From positions 1,312,001 to 1,376,000 of the forward strand of contig CAWDVE010000010.1 of NCBI GenBank assembly GCA_963805625.1: a stretch of DNA of 64,000 nt, written 5' to 3'. The position numbers were made by a program, and so were the translations under genes. Origin of the DNA: an uncultured Candidatus Rokubacteria bacterium. GTDB taxonomy: Bacteria > Methylomirabilota > Methylomirabilia > Rokubacteriales > DASRDR01. This document shows positions 29,160 to 38,685 of the stretch, in pieces. The notes under the pieces are model-generated. The model ran no database searches. It saw nothing but the letters and a program-made list of their open reading frames with translations, and was not told where the DNA came from. Position 1 is the stretch's first letter, and every line of letters begins with the position of its first letter.

Positions 29160-29837
29160 TCAGGCGCCCGACTTCCGGCAGACGTACAGCACGTGAGGAT
29201 ACGGAAGGAAGTCGACCATCGAGTGCCGGAATACCCGGAACCCCGCCTCCTCGAGCGCTGCCTGCAAAGTCTCGGCCGCCCAGTAGTGCGGCGGGCTGCC
29301 CGGGCTGACCAGGAGGTCGAGCGCGTGCGTGAACCAGCGCTTGTAAGCCGGGTGCGTGTCCACGTCCTTCACGAGCAGACAAGCGCCGGGCAGCAGCGTG
29401 GCATGGAGCTCGGCCAGCAGGGGCCGCACGGCGGCGGGCTCGACATGGTGGACGATGTCCAGCATGTAAGCGCCCGCGTACTGCCGGCTGGCTCGGAAGT
29501 CCCGCGCGTCGCTCACGACGTACTCGACGTTCGCCAGCCTGAGCCGCCGCGCGGCCTCGCGGGCGATACCGACGCGCCGGGCGTCCACATCGACGCCGTG
29601 GAAGCTCGAGCTCGGTAGAATCTGGGCGTAGTAGAGCGAGAAGAGCCCGAAACCGCACCCGAGGTCGAGGACGTCGCCCGAGAGCGGCAAGTACTGACCG
29701 ATCTCGTCAAGGAAGCGCTGCCGGAGGATGAGAAAGCGCGCGCGCGAATAGGCGCGGATCACCCGAGCGTCGTAGGCCTCCACGACCCGGGCGATCGCCT
29801 CGCGGCCCGCCCTATTGGATTGCCGCCCGTCCGACAT
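29160..29837 (-). CDS. Class I SAM-dependent methyltransferase
   Basis: VLDLGCGFG, DIVHHV, LLVKD; start uncertain. Confidence 0.88.
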   Translation of the reverse strand: MSDGRQSNRAGREAIARVVEAYDARVIRAYSRARFLILRQRFLDEIGQYLPLSGDVLDLGCGFGLFSLYYAQILPSSSFHGVDVDARRVGIAREAARRLRLANVEYVVSDARDFRASRQYAGAYMLDIVHHVEPAAVRPLLAELHATLLPGACLLVKDVDTHPAYKRWFTHALDLLVSPGSPPHYWAAETLQAALEEAGFRVFRHSMVDFLPYPHVLYVCRKSGA

Positions 29838-31353
29838 AGAGCCGGTAGCCATCACCCTCCTCTGCGACACGGTACCCATCCAGGAGCCACCGCTGGAGCT
29901 CCGGGAACATCGCCAGACGCTCGTACCCGCCTTCGGGCCACCCTGGCACGAAGACCACCACGGCCGCCGGGGGCCGGAGTCGGAGCGCGGCCATCAGCTC
30001 GGCGCGCAGACGCCGCACGTAAGGATGGCTCACGTCGTGGTAGAAGTGGAAGTCGTAGAGGAACCGGCTGGGTTCCCGGGCGCGGAGACGGAAGAGCGCG
30101 TGGATCCCGCCCTCCGTGGTATCCAGCACCTGCACCGTGCCCCCGGTCGCCACGACCGGCCGGAGCGCCGCCGCGACGCGACCGACCCGTTCGAGCTTCG
30201 CATCAATCCACGCGGGGGCGAGATTGCGCTGCCCCTTGGTCCACAGGGCGCCCGCCGTTATCGCTAGCGTGAGCACGAGCATCACGCTGAGCGCGCGGCG
30301 GCCGCCCGCCACCGCCGCCCCGAGGCCGGCCCCGCCCACCGCCGTCGCGAAGAGCGCGAGCGGGTAGAAATGATACTCCCATCCCCGTCCCTGCACCCAG
30401 AAGTGGGCCGCGCCGTAGGCCAGGCCCGTAGTCAGAATGCCGATCTCCCTCCACTGCTGCCCCCGCGCGAGGGCGGCGACGCCGAGACCGGCCCACGCCA
30501 CGAGACCGGCCAGCACCGCCGCCCCGTAGTCGCGCACGGCGATCTCGTGGGCGAGGTCGCTCCGCCCCAGCCGACTGTAGAGCGGGAGCAGGTAGCCCAG
30601 CGTGATGTCCGCGAATGCTCCGAGACCGCCGGTCCAGCCGAGCCACGCGAGCAGCACCAGGCCAGGCAGCGCCGCCCCCAGGCCGACGGCGGCGAGCGCA
30701 CGTCTCCGCGCCGGGCCTCGGCACCCCCACCACACCCAGCACGCCAGAGCCGGAACCAGCACGATCGCGTGGGGCTTGACCCACACGGCCGCACCCAATG
30801 CGAGGGCCGCGCCGCCGAGCCGCCGGATCCGCGCGCCCTCGGGTACGTTGGTCGACGCAATGACGCCCGCCGCGCTCCACACGAGGAAGCCGCAGAGCAG
30901 GAGGTCACGCTGCCCGGCGAGCCACGGACCGCCCGCGACGTGGTAGAGGGCGAAGAGCGCCGCCGCGGCCAGGCCACCCCATGCCCCCGAGAGCCGCAGC
31001 GCACTCCAGAGACCGGCACCCACGAGGACGAGGATGCCCAGGTCGAACGCGCGAAATGCGAGGTCCCCGGGTCCAAGGGTGAGGAGAAGCAGGAGGTGCG
31101 CCGCGTATGCGCCGGGGAAGTTCATGTCGAAGAGGTCGCGATAGGGCGCGGCACCGTCCAGGATCCGCCACGCGATGTAGTGGATGAGCGGGGCGTCGTG
31201 AACAAGCGGCCAGCCGCGAGAGAGCCACGCGAGCCGGAGCGCGGCCAGGACCGCCAGAACCACGGTCACCGAGACCACGACATGAAGCCCCGGAGCCCGG
31301 ACGCGGGCGATGGAAACTCCCGCAGACGGAGGATGGGCGCGCTTCGTGGACAC
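29812..31353 (-). CDS. Polytopic membrane protein, GT-C / ArnT-like glycosyltransferase
   Basis: HD...Y..W....G..PYRDLFDMNFPG, KP motif, many TM helices. Confidence 0.65.
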   Translation of the reverse strand: MSTKRAHPPSAGVSIARVRAPGLHVVVSVTVVLAVLAALRLAWLSRGWPLVHDAPLIHYIAWRILDGAAPYRDLFDMNFPGAYAAHLLLLLTLGPGDLAFRAFDLGILVLVGAGLWSALRLSGAWGGLAAAALFALYHVAGGPWLAGQRDLLLCGFLVWSAAGVIASTNVPEGARIRRLGGAALALGAAVWVKPHAIVLVPALACWVWWGCRGPARRRALAAVGLGAALPGLVLLAWLGWTGGLGAFADITLGYLLPLYSRLGRSDLAHEIAVRDYGAAVLAGLVAWAGLGVAALARGQQWREIGILTTGLAYGAAHFWVQGRGWEYHFYPLALFATAVGGAGLGAAVAGGRRALSVMLVLTLAITAGALWTKGQRNLAPAWIDAKLERVGRVAAALRPVVATGGTVQVLDTTEGGIHALFRLRAREPSRFLYDFHFYHDVSHPYVRRLRAELMAALRLRPPAAVVVFVPGWPEGGYERLAMFPELQRWLLDGYRVAEEGDGYRLYVGRAAIQ

Positions 31354-31464
31354 CGTGTCAGGATGCGCGCGATACGGCCAGGCGCGGAGGGAGTGTGGCT
31401 CCGCCCGCCGTGCGTGTCAAGCGAGGTGGTGGGCAGGCGTGCCTGGCTGTGAGACCGTAGGGCC

Positions 31465-32232
31465 GTGGCGACGACGACGCTGCTCAAGATCCTGCTGGCG
31501 CCCGTGCTCATCCTCCTCGCGACGCTGGCCGGACGCCGCTGGGGACCCGCGGTCGGCGGATGGCTGGCGGGGCTCCCGCTGACCTCCGGTCCCGTGTCGT
31601 TCATCCTCGCCCTCGAGCAGGGTCCCGAGTTCGCCGCTCGCGCGGCACTCGGCACGCTCTTCGGCTTGGTCTCGCTCGCGACATTCTGCCTGGTGTACGG
31701 CGCGGCGGCGCGGCGGGTGGGGTGGGGCGGCTGTCTCGCGGCCGCGCTCGGCGCCTTCGGCGTGTCGACGCTCGCGCTCCGGGACGCGACGCTTCCGCTC
31801 GTGCTCGCGTTCGCCCTGGTGTGCGCCGTTCTCGCCGGCATCGGAGCGGTCATGGCCGGCGGCAATCCGCCCCGTCTCCCACGACGCCTCCTGCCCGGCG
31901 ACCTGGCGATTCGGATGGCGCTCGCGGCCCTGCTGGTCCTCGTCCTCACGTCGGTGGCCGCCGCGCTCGGCCCCGCGCTGGCGGGTAGCCTGTCGCCGAT
32001 CCCGGTGTTCGGCGCGCTCCTCGCCGTGTTCGCGCACCGCGAACAGGGCGCGGCGGCGGCCGTTCAGCTCCTTCGCGGGATGGTGCTGGGCTCGTTCGGC
32101 TTTGCCACCTTCTTGCTCATGGTGGCGGGACTGCTCGATCGCATGGCCGTCGGGCCAACGTACGTGCTGGCGTCGGCGGGTGCCCTCGGCGTTCACGGGT
32201 TGACTCTCAGCGTGGTCCGGCGCGTGATCTGA
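31465..32232 (+). CDS. Conserved inner-membrane protein (duplicated G..G.L..LP motif)
   Basis: RRWGPAVGGWLAGLPLTSGP and LGPALAGSLSPIP; about 8 TM helices. Confidence 0.75.
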   Translation: MATTTLLKILLAPVLILLATLAGRRWGPAVGGWLAGLPLTSGPVSFILALEQGPEFAARAALGTLFGLVSLATFCLVYGAAARRVGWGGCLAAALGAFGVSTLALRDATLPLVLAFALVCAVLAGIGAVMAGGNPPRLPRRLLPGDLAIRMALAALLVLVLTSVAAALGPALAGSLSPIPVFGALLAVFAHREQGAAAAVQLLRGMVLGSFGFATFLLMVAGLLDRMAVGPTYVLASAGALGVHGLTLSVVRRVI

Positions 32233-32257
32233 CCGGTTCCGGCGGGGAGGCGTTACC

Positions 32258-32737
32258 GTGGCCGTTCCGGCTTCGTTGCTCGCGCGCTTGGAGACTCAGC
32301 TCGAGGCGCTCGGTCTGATCCTCGCCCGGGCCACGCCGGCCGTCCTCGACGCGCGGCCACGGCCGGAGGAGTGGTCGGCGCGGGAGAATCTCGCCCACCT
32401 GGCCCGCCACCACGCGGTCTTTCTGGATCGGCTGCGGCGCCTGCTGACGGAGGACCGCCCGGCCCTGGACCGCTATCGCGCCGAGGACGACCGCGAGTGG
32501 GCTGCCTGGGCGACGCTCCCGCAGGACGAGATACTCCACCGGCTCCGAGCCCTCCGCGCGGAGCTCGTCGCCGTCGTGCGGTCGCTGTCGCCGGCCGAGA
32601 GCACGCGCACGGCCCTGCACCCGACGTTCGGCGAGATGGACGTGGCCGGATGGCTCGGTTTTTTCCTGCTTCACGAGGCCCACCACCTCTACACGGCCCT
32701 CGTGCGCGTGGGCGAGGCGAGCCGGCGCCCGCACTAG
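32258..32737 (+). CDS. DinB-family protein
   Basis: WSARENLAHLA and HEAHH. Confidence 0.88.
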   Translation: MAVPASLLARLETQLEALGLILARATPAVLDARPRPEEWSARENLAHLARHHAVFLDRLRRLLTEDRPALDRYRAEDDREWAAWATLPQDEILHRLRALRAELVAVVRSLSPAESTRTALHPTFGEMDVAGWLGFFLLHEAHHLYTALVRVGEASRRPH

Positions 32738-32764
32738 GCCATGCCGCCTCCGGGACCTCCCGGC

Positions 32765-33316
32765 TCAGGGGGTCGTGTGACCGCTGTGGCCGGCGCGCCC
32801 TGGAGCCGAGGCTGCCGGAGGCCGGAGCTGCCTCAGGTAGGCGACCAGGTCGATCGTCTCCTGGACCGTGAGCAGGCTGTTGTACGACGGCATCTTCGAG
32901 GACCCGTCGGCCGCGGTGTAGCCACGGTTCTGCTCGACGACCGCGCTGGGGTTGATGACCGACTCGGCGAAGAACTCCGGCGAATGGAATGGTCCCATCG
33001 TCGAGAGCTCGGGGCCCGCCAGCTCGAGATCGTTCGGCGCTGGGAAACGCTCGCCCCGCACCTCGTGGCAGCTGTAGCACTCGAGCTTCTCGAACACCTC
33101 GCGGCCCTTCGCCGGGTCGCCCTTCGGCAACGTGAAGCGCCAGCCCTCCGGCGTCCCATGCACGTGGGGCGGCGCGGGTGCCCCGCGCGCCGGCGGAGGT
33201 CCCGGCGCCGGGGCCGCCGTCTGACCGGCGGCCCGGCCGATGAGCTCCCCGCCCGCCGGGCCCAGGATGACGGCGCCAAGCGCGAGCGTGAGCGTCAGCC
33301 GTCGCGCGATCGCCAT
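32765..33316 (-). CDS. Periplasmic monoheme cytochrome c
   Basis: Signal peptide, GDP.KGR.VF, CYSCH, GPEL, SKMP, DLVAYL. Confidence 0.9.
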   Translation of the reverse strand: MAIARRLTLTLALGAVILGPAGGELIGRAAGQTAAPAPGPPPARGAPAPPHVHGTPEGWRFTLPKGDPAKGREVFEKLECYSCHEVRGERFPAPNDLELAGPELSTMGPFHSPEFFAESVINPSAVVEQNRGYTAADGSSKMPSYNSLLTVQETIDLVAYLRQLRPPAASAPGRAGHSGHTTP

Positions 33317-33355
33317 GCACCCGATTCTATACAATGCGGCGCCGCGGGCTCGGTC

Positions 33356-34153
33356 TCAGAACCAGCCGGGATCCTGCGGGAGCAGGATGCGCTCGCCGCC
33401 ACTCCCGTCCCGGATGATGCGCGGCCGGACGGGCCGGACCTCCCGTCCATGGGCAGCCGCCATGAGGGCATCGACGTCACGATGATTGGAGAGGGACGCG
33501 AGGATCCCCTGTGTCGGGAGCGGCAGCACCAGCTCGCGCGCCCGGTGCCTCGCCAGCGCATCCTCCGGACGGATCCAGCGTGCGGCCACCATCTCGAGGC
33601 CGTCGGGCTCCGCGGCCTGCTCCGGCCAGGTCGCCGCGACGAAGAAGCGCGTGTCGTACCGAATGGGCCGTTCCTCCGGCGTGATCCAGTGCGCCCAGTA
33701 GACCACCCGATCGGTCGCGAGGACGAGGTCCAGCTCGGTCAGGAACCGCCCGAAGACGGCACTGTCCTCGCGACAGCGGGCGCGGACGCCACCGCCGAGC
33801 GACGCGGCATTCACCGGGTGCGCGTCCGGGCCGCAGGCGAGGAGGATCCCCGCCTCCTCGAACGCTTCGCGCAACGCGGCCACCCAGAAGCCGATGGCCC
33901 GCTCCGCAGGCGCGACGTCCGGGAGCTGCCGCGCGGCCTCGACGCGTCCGAGGGCCCGGCACCGCGCCTCGATGCCGAGCCCCGCGTCGGGTGGCTCGAC
34001 GCGCCCGCCGGGAAACGCGAAGGCGCCGGGCGCGAACCGGCTGTTGGGATGCCGCTGGAGGAGCAGCACCTCGAAGCCGCCGGGAACATCGCGCGCGAGG
34101 ATCAGGGAGGCGGCCTCACGAGCCGCCGGGGGAGAAGCGGACGCCTCCTGCAC
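33356..34153 (-). CDS. NUDIX hydrolase (NUDT19-like)
   Basis: FPGGRV, AALREAFEEAG, WAHWITP..RYDTRFF. Confidence 0.9.
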   Translation of the reverse strand: MQEASASPPAAREAASLILARDVPGGFEVLLLQRHPNSRFAPGAFAFPGGRVEPPDAGLGIEARCRALGRVEAARQLPDVAPAERAIGFWVAALREAFEEAGILLACGPDAHPVNAASLGGGVRARCREDSAVFGRFLTELDLVLATDRVVYWAHWITPEERPIRYDTRFFVAATWPEQAAEPDGLEMVAARWIRPEDALARHRARELVLPLPTQGILASLSNHRDVDALMAAAHGREVRPVRPRIIRDGSGGERILLPQDPGWF

Positions 34154-34241
34154 GGCGCCGGTCGTATCACGCCGGTCCGGTGCCGTCAACGGTGTGGATC
34201 TGCCCGAGGCCCGTCCGGAACGCGACGCGTACAATGGCGAG

Positions 34242-35384
34242 GTGCGCGGGCTCCTGGTCCTCGTCGCTGCCGTGGTCCTCGTCGATACGGTGTTTTTCGC
34301 CGTCCTCTCCCCGCTCCTGCCCGCCTACGCGGCAGCGCTCGGTTTGTCAAAGGGCGCCGTGGGTGTCCTGGCGGGCGCGTTCGCGGCCGGCGTCCTGGTG
34401 GCGGCGCTCCCGAGCGGCTTGCTGGCCTCCCGGCTCGGCCTCCGGCCGACCCTTCTCCTCGGCCTCGGCCTGACGGCGGTCGCGAGTGTTCTCTTCGGCC
34501 TCGCGGACGAGTGGATCCTCCTCGTTCTGACGCGCTTCACGGCCGGCATCGGCAGCGCGTGCTCGTGGACTGCGGCCGTCGGCTGGCTCGCGCGCACGGC
34601 GCCGCCCGAGCGGCGCGGTGAGACGATCGGCTTCGCGGTCTCCGCGGCCGTGGCTGGCGCATTCCTGGGCCCCGCGCTGGGCGCCGCCGCAGCGTGGTAC
34701 GGCACGGGCCCGGCCTTCGGGACCGTTGCCGCGGCATGCGCCGGGCTGGCAGTTCGCGTCGTGACCTTGCCGGAGCCAGGAATGGATTCCCGGAGCGTGA
34801 CGATGGTCGCCGCCTTCGGCGTCCGATCGCTCCGGGTGCCCCTCGGCCTGATCCTGCTGGCGCCCCTCCTCTTCGCGATCCTCGGCGTCCTGGTGCCCCT
34901 GTCGCTCGGGGCGTGGGGGTGGGGCGCTGGGCGGCTGGGCGCGCTTTACGCGGCAGCGGCCGCGCTGGAGGCCGTCGTGCACCCACTGCTCGGACGCTGG
35001 GCGGATCGCAAGGGAGCGCTCGCCCCGATCTCGGCCGGGCTGGTCGGGTCGATCGTGGTGCTCGCGGCGCTGGCCGTGACGGGATCCCCGTGGCTGGTGG
35101 CCGGCCTCGCCATGGCGGCGGCGATCACGTTCGGCGCCACGTTCGTCCCCGGAATGGCGCTCCTCACACGAGCCGCCGACGCGGCGGGCCTCGACGGCGT
35201 CCTGGCGATCGCGCTCGCCAACTTCGCCTGGGCTCTCGGGCACGCCGTCGGGTCACCGCTCTGTGGGTGGCTGGCAGACCGAGCCGGCGACACCATCACC
35301 TATCTGGCCTTCACGGCAATGTGTCTCGGAGTTCTGGCCGTGCTCCGGAGTCCCGGCCTCGCCCCCGCCACCCGTCCCTCGTGA
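34242..35384 (+). CDS. MFS transporter
   Basis: About 12 TM helices, G.LASRLG.R and GRWADRKG; TACAAT 6 nt before the GTG. Confidence 0.9.
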   Translation: MRGLLVLVAAVVLVDTVFFAVLSPLLPAYAAALGLSKGAVGVLAGAFAAGVLVAALPSGLLASRLGLRPTLLLGLGLTAVASVLFGLADEWILLVLTRFTAGIGSACSWTAAVGWLARTAPPERRGETIGFAVSAAVAGAFLGPALGAAAAWYGTGPAFGTVAAACAGLAVRVVTLPEPGMDSRSVTMVAAFGVRSLRVPLGLILLAPLLFAILGVLVPLSLGAWGWGAGRLGALYAAAAALEAVVHPLLGRWADRKGALAPISAGLVGSIVVLAALAVTGSPWLVAGLAMAAAITFGATFVPGMALLTRAADAAGLDGVLAIALANFAWALGHAVGSPLCGWLADRAGDTITYLAFTAMCLGVLAVLRSPGLAPATRPS

Positions 35385-35403
35385 CCTGCAGGCGCGCGAC
35401 CGC

Positions 35404-35433
35404 TTGACACCCACGGATGGCCCTTCCTAGGAT
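35404..35433 (+). promoter_or_regulatory. Sigma70-type promoter
   Basis: TTGACA-N18-TAGGAT upstream of the RidA gene. Confidence 0.6.
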
Positions 35434-35488
35434 GGCCGCACCAGCAGGTCCCGGACTCACGAACCCTGCCAGCCAGCGAGGAATCACG

Positions 35489-36037
35489 ATGGGAGCGGAA
35501 GCGCGTCTCAAGGCCTTGGGTATCGAGCTCCCGATCCCGCCGCGGTCGCTGGGGACCTACGTGACGGCCGCCCAGTCGAGCAACCTCCTCTTCCTTTCCG
35601 GCCACGGGCCGGTGAAGGACGGCCGCGTCGTTCATCAGGGCAAGGTCGGCCGCGACCTCACGATCGAGCAGGGCCAGGAGGCGGCGCGCCTGACGGGTCT
35701 TAACCTCCTCGCCACCGCGCGAGACGCCCTCGGCAGCCTCGACCGCGTGCGGCGGGTCGTCAAGGTGCTCGGCATGGTGCAGTGCGCCGACGACTTCACC
35801 GAGCATCCGAAGGTGATCAACGGGTTCTCCGATCTGATGGTCGAGGTCTTCGGCGACGCAGGCCGGCACGCGCGCTCCGCCGTCGGCATGGGCTCCCTCC
35901 CCTTCGGGATCGCCGTCGAGGTCGAGATGATCCTCGAGGTGTCGGGCCCGGTGAGGCGCCCACGGAGTGCCCGCAGCCGAGTCTCGACCGTCAGAGCCCG
36001 GAGCCCGCGGCACCATTCAGCGCGGCGACGCGGCTAG
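35489..36037 (+). CDS. RidA/YjgF-family protein with an Arg-rich tail
   Basis: LFLSGHGP, GKVG, INGFSDL..VFG..GRHARSAVG..LP..VEVE. Confidence 0.92.
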   Translation: MGAEARLKALGIELPIPPRSLGTYVTAAQSSNLLFLSGHGPVKDGRVVHQGKVGRDLTIEQGQEAARLTGLNLLATARDALGSLDRVRRVVKVLGMVQCADDFTEHPKVINGFSDLMVEVFGDAGRHARSAVGMGSLPFGIAVEVEMILEVSGPVRRPRSARSRVSTVRARSPRHHSARRRG

Positions 36038-36136
36038 GCCAAGGCTAGGCCCACGCCAGCCGTCCGTCCTCGACGCGGCCGCGAGCGGCGCGATCCGCTA
36101 GCCGGGATCGCGCCGACACTGCCGACCGACCAGTAC

Positions 36137-36628
36137 GTGCCCGCGGTGAGCTCGGGCGTGCGGCTCTTTGTCGCCGGACACGACCCCGAGCGGGACGGCC
36201 GGCTCGCCTACCAGGGTCGCGTGGGCCAAGCGGTGCCGGTCGGTCACGCCGGGGCGGCCCTGCGCCTTGCCACCGCCAATGCCTTGGCCTCGGCGCGCGC
36301 CGCCCTCGGCTCGCTGGGTCGCATGCGCTGTGTCGTCTTGACCGCCTTCGTCTCGACTCCGGCGCCAGAGGGTCTCGCCCCGGAGCACCTGGAGGATAGC
36401 CTCGCGCTGCTGGCAGCCACGCTAGCCCCGGGGGACCCCCCAGCCGTGTGGCTCCGGCCAGCCCAGAGTCTGGCGGGAGGCATGCCCGTGGAGGTCGAGC
36501 TCATCCTCGAGCCGCGCCGACGAGGGGCGCGCCAGCGCCCTGCCCTCAGCCACCGGCCTCGGCGTCCGAGGAAAGGAGGACCGGGAGGCGCTCGAGCGCC
36601 TCGGCAATCCGGGGGCCGTACCAGCTGA
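36137..36628 (+). CDS. Second, divergent RidA-like domain (start unclear)
   Basis: YVPA..LFVAGH.P..G.L.YQGRVG..NALA..LGSL..PVEVELI; the HARSA motif is replaced. Confidence 0.6.
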   Translation: MPAVSSGVRLFVAGHDPERDGRLAYQGRVGQAVPVGHAGAALRLATANALASARAALGSLGRMRCVVLTAFVSTPAPEGLAPEHLEDSLALLAATLAPGDPPAVWLRPAQSLAGGMPVEVELILEPRRRGARQRPALSHRPRRPRKGGPGGARAPRQSGGRTS

Positions 36629-37334
36629 GGAGCTTGCCGTCCACGAGGTGGACCCGGCCCCTCCGGACGGCCGGCACGTCGGCGAACGGCGCGAAATCCG
36701 CCCGATGGGCCGCCCGGAACCGGTACGGCTCGTCCGGCAGCAGGATGACGTCGGGCATCGCGGCTCGCACGTCCTCGAGAGTGACCGTCGGGTAGCGAGC
36801 TGGGCTGGCGGCGAAGACGTTGTCGCCCCCGCAGGTCCAGAGCATGTCGTGGACGTAGGTGTCCCTGTTGATCGTCATGTACGGCCCCCGCCAGATCGGG
36901 CAGAAGACCCGGACGCGTGGCCGTGCCTCGATACGAGCTTGGATCCGCGCGTGGGCGGCTTCGATGGGACCCGCGAGCGACGCCGCGGCAGCTTCCGAGT
37001 CGGTCAGCGCCCCGAGCTCCCGGATGAGCTCGATTCCCGCCGCGACGGTCCGGGGGAACGTGACCCACACCGGAACGCCTTCCGCCCGGAGCGCCTCGAC
37101 CACGTCGCGGCGGTTCTCCTCCATGTTGGCGACGACCAGATCCGGAGCGAGGGCGCGGATGCGGGCGAGGTCGGGATCCTTCTCACGGCCGACCTTCGGC
37201 GTCCGGGCCACGCGGTCTCGGGGCTCGCTGCAGAAGATCGTGACGCCCACGATCCGGTCGTCCAGCCCGAGTGCGAAGAGGATCTCGGTGACGCTCGGGA
37301 TGAGCGACACGATGCGCGAGGGGCGCGCGGGCAC
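36546..37334 (-). CDS. BtuF-like helical-backbone metal/cobalamin-binding protein (no signal peptide)
   Basis: RIVSLIPSVTE, PDLV.AN.EEN, LPDEPY.F, VDG..SWYGPR. Confidence 0.88.
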   Translation of the reverse strand: MPARPSRIVSLIPSVTEILFALGLDDRIVGVTIFCSEPRDRVARTPKVGREKDPDLARIRALAPDLVVANMEENRRDVVEALRAEGVPVWVTFPRTVAAGIELIRELGALTDSEAAAASLAGPIEAAHARIQARIEARPRVRVFCPIWRGPYMTINRDTYVHDMLWTCGGDNVFAASPARYPTVTLEDVRAAMPDVILLPDEPYRFRAAHRADFAPFADVPAVRRGRVHLVDGKLLSWYGPRIAEALERLPVLLSSDAEAGG

Positions 37335-37456
37335 GGCGACGAGCGTCCCGCTGGCATCCTGCCTCGGCGTCGCGTCGCGCGGGGTCAGGCCGGGACGTCC
37401 CTACGTCTCGGAAAACGTCGCCGCAGGACGCGCAGGGGCGTCAGCCCTGACCCCGG

Positions 37457-37867
37457 TCAAGGCTCGACGCTCGGGGCGGGCCGGGAGATGATGCGGCGAC
37501 CGATGAGCTCGAGGGCGAGGATCACGAACATCGCCACGATGATGGCAATCGCGACTCCCGCCGCAACGGGATCGCCGCCGGCGCGGAGCTCGTCCGCTCG
37601 CTCGGCCAGCTCCGCCCGCTCGGCCGTGGTGAGGCGCTCCCAGAGCTCCGTGGCCTCCGCCTCCGACACGCCGAGTGTCGCGAGCTGCGCCTGGACGAGG
37701 CGGCGTTCGAGGAGCGTCCGGGCCGGTCCGAGGTCGCCGGCGGCGGCGGCGCGCTCGGGCGGGAGCGGCGCGGCGTCGCCAAGACGCGGGACCGAGGCCA
37801 TCGCGACACTCCAGGCGAGGACCAGCCAGACCAGCCAGCGCGGGCGGAGCATCCGGCCGTGGGCCAT
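37457..37867 (-). CDS. PA2779-like exported/membrane protein
   Basis: Signal peptide, V..QL..LGV..EA....LT..E..LA...AGG, C-terminal TM helix. Confidence 0.7.
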   Translation of the reverse strand: MAHGRMLRPRWLVWLVLAWSVAMASVPRLGDAAPLPPERAAAAGDLGPARTLLERRLVQAQLATLGVSEAEATELWERLTTAERAELAERADELRAGGDPVAAGVAIAIIVAMFVILALELIGRRIISRPAPSVEP

Positions 37868-37879
37868 GGATCTCCAGGG

Positions 37880-38140
37880 TCAGGCGACGCCGCGCGCCCG
37901 AAGGGCGGTGACGAGCGCCTCCCGAGCTCGGGCTTGGTAGCCCTGGATCAGGTGCCCGAGCTCGGCCCAGCGGGTCTCGACCTCGCGGGCAGCCCGGTCG
38001 TAGGCCTCGAGCGAGTGCGGGAGCACGGCGCCTGGACTCGATCCTCGAAGGGCGGCCTCGAGCTCTCCGAGCGCGTCCTCGCAGTCCGTCACCGCCGTGC
38101 CGAGGCCTCTCAGGAGCCGACGCGTCGAGTCCTCGGCCAT
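37880..38140 (-). CDS. Small helical hypothetical protein
   Basis: SD GGAGG; starts 1 nt after the upstream stop. Confidence 0.65.
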   Translation of the reverse strand: MAEDSTRRLLRGLGTAVTDCEDALGELEAALRGSSPGAVLPHSLEAYDRAAREVETRWAELGHLIQGYQARAREALVTALRARGVA

Positions 38141-38141
38141 G

Positions 38142-38519
38142 TCAGTCCTCCACCAGCTCGGGGACCGCCTGCCAGTGCGCCGGGCCCTCGGGCTTGAAGT
38201 TCTTCGTGTTCACGAAATGCATGCCGTGGTGGATGTTCAGCTTGAACTTCCCGCCGCCAAACCGCTCCCGGATGAATGCCTCCGGCGCCTCCAGGAACGG
38301 CCGCATCTCGTCTCCGCGGAGACGGAGGAGTCTCTTGAAGCGGACCGTTCCCTGCCACGGCTCCTGGACGAGGATCGTGCACGAGAGATCGGGCCACAGG
38401 CGCGCCACCTCGGCCAGCGTCTCCCGTGGGGTGGGGTTCGTCGCGCCGTGGCCCTCGAGCGACCGGTCGACGTAGTCCTCGATCAAGACCCACGCCCAGG
38501 CCGGAATCAGATCGCTCAC
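38142..38519 (-). CDS. Hypothetical protein
   Basis: Globular composition (FGGGKFKLNIHHG.HF); TATAAT 8 nt before the GTG. Confidence 0.7.
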   Translation of the reverse strand: MSDLIPAWAWVLIEDYVDRSLEGHGATNPTPRETLAEVARLWPDLSCTILVQEPWQGTVRFKRLLRLRGDEMRPFLEAPEAFIRERFGGGKFKLNIHHGMHFVNTKNFKPEGPAHWQAVPELVED

Positions 38520-38685
38520 AGACCGGTATTATAGGGCGGCGCAGCCCAGGGGCCAGCCGCAGACCCCCAGCGCCCGGATCCGGAGCCCGCCGATTCCCTT
38601 GCGCCCGGTCGCATGAGGGGGCTAGAGTGTCGGCCAGGCCTGGTCGCGGGTCGGGCGTGCAGCGCCGAGAGGCGAAGGGGGGGAA

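Noticed and set aside
36035-36037. Pyrrolysine recoding of the in-frame TAG
   Set aside because: No pyl genes are in the window and TAG is used as an ordinary stop in many genes here.
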